Below are positions 58,022 to 58,076 of a stretch of DNA of 58,076 nucleotides, in pieces. The notes under the pieces are model-generated. The model saw nothing but the letters and a program-made list of their open reading frames with translations, made no database searches and was not told where the DNA came from. Location: positions 558,001-616,076 of the forward strand of contig NW_027191464.1 of the NCBI RefSeq assembly GCF_011745625.1, given 5' to 3'. The position numbers and the translations under genes are program-made. Positions within the stretch are counted from its first letter, which is position 1; each line of letters opens with the position of its first letter. The stretch is from Cladosporium halotolerans. Taxonomy: Eukaryota.

Positions 58022-58076
58022 CCTAAGGCGGCGCTAACCGTAAAAGGTTACAGAACTTCCGCTTACATCGACTTTG

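Larger units (their letters stand above)
57715..58076. mobile_element. Probable terminus of a transposable or subtelomeric element continuing beyond the window
   Basis: Abrupt switch to TpA-rich non-coding sequence with nested repeats and telomere-like TAGGGTTAGG / CTAACCCTAA. No transposase or LTR hallmark is visible inside the window. Confidence 0.5.

Overview
Gene-dense eukaryotic DNA from a filamentous ascomycete (short GT-AG introns with CTRAC branch sites, intron-containing tRNAs; a Dothideomycete is my guess). I read about 28 protein-coding loci and 2 tRNA genes, Leu(AAG) and Glu(CTC). Core genes are Med5/Nut1 (runs off the left edge and is missing from the ORF track), Pep12-like syntaxin, Ndc1, a Tcp11/Sok1-like protein, Med18/Srb5, Kgd4/Ymr31 and a Yfh7-like kinase. 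They are interleaved with accessory metabolic genes: a saponin hydrolase-like protein, an isopenicillin-N-acyltransferase-like Ntn hydrolase with a GC-AG intron, GH76, a peroxisomal FAD oxidase, an AhpD/CMD-like protein and MmgE/PrpD. The right-hand 13 kb is the most unusual part: a secreted truncated-globin-like protein, an NRPS-like A-T-R reductase, a MARVEL protein, a bacterial-type Cys alpha/beta hydrolase and two SDRs whose upstream regions share a CCCACAGTCCGC/TCCGC motif, ending in a palindrome-rich repeat block that seems to interrupt a gene start. Three genes carry disabling lesions: an aspartic pseudo-protease with an in-frame TAG, a frameshifted methyltransferase and a frameshifted SDR. 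All family calls come from manual translation and motif recognition; no database search was run.
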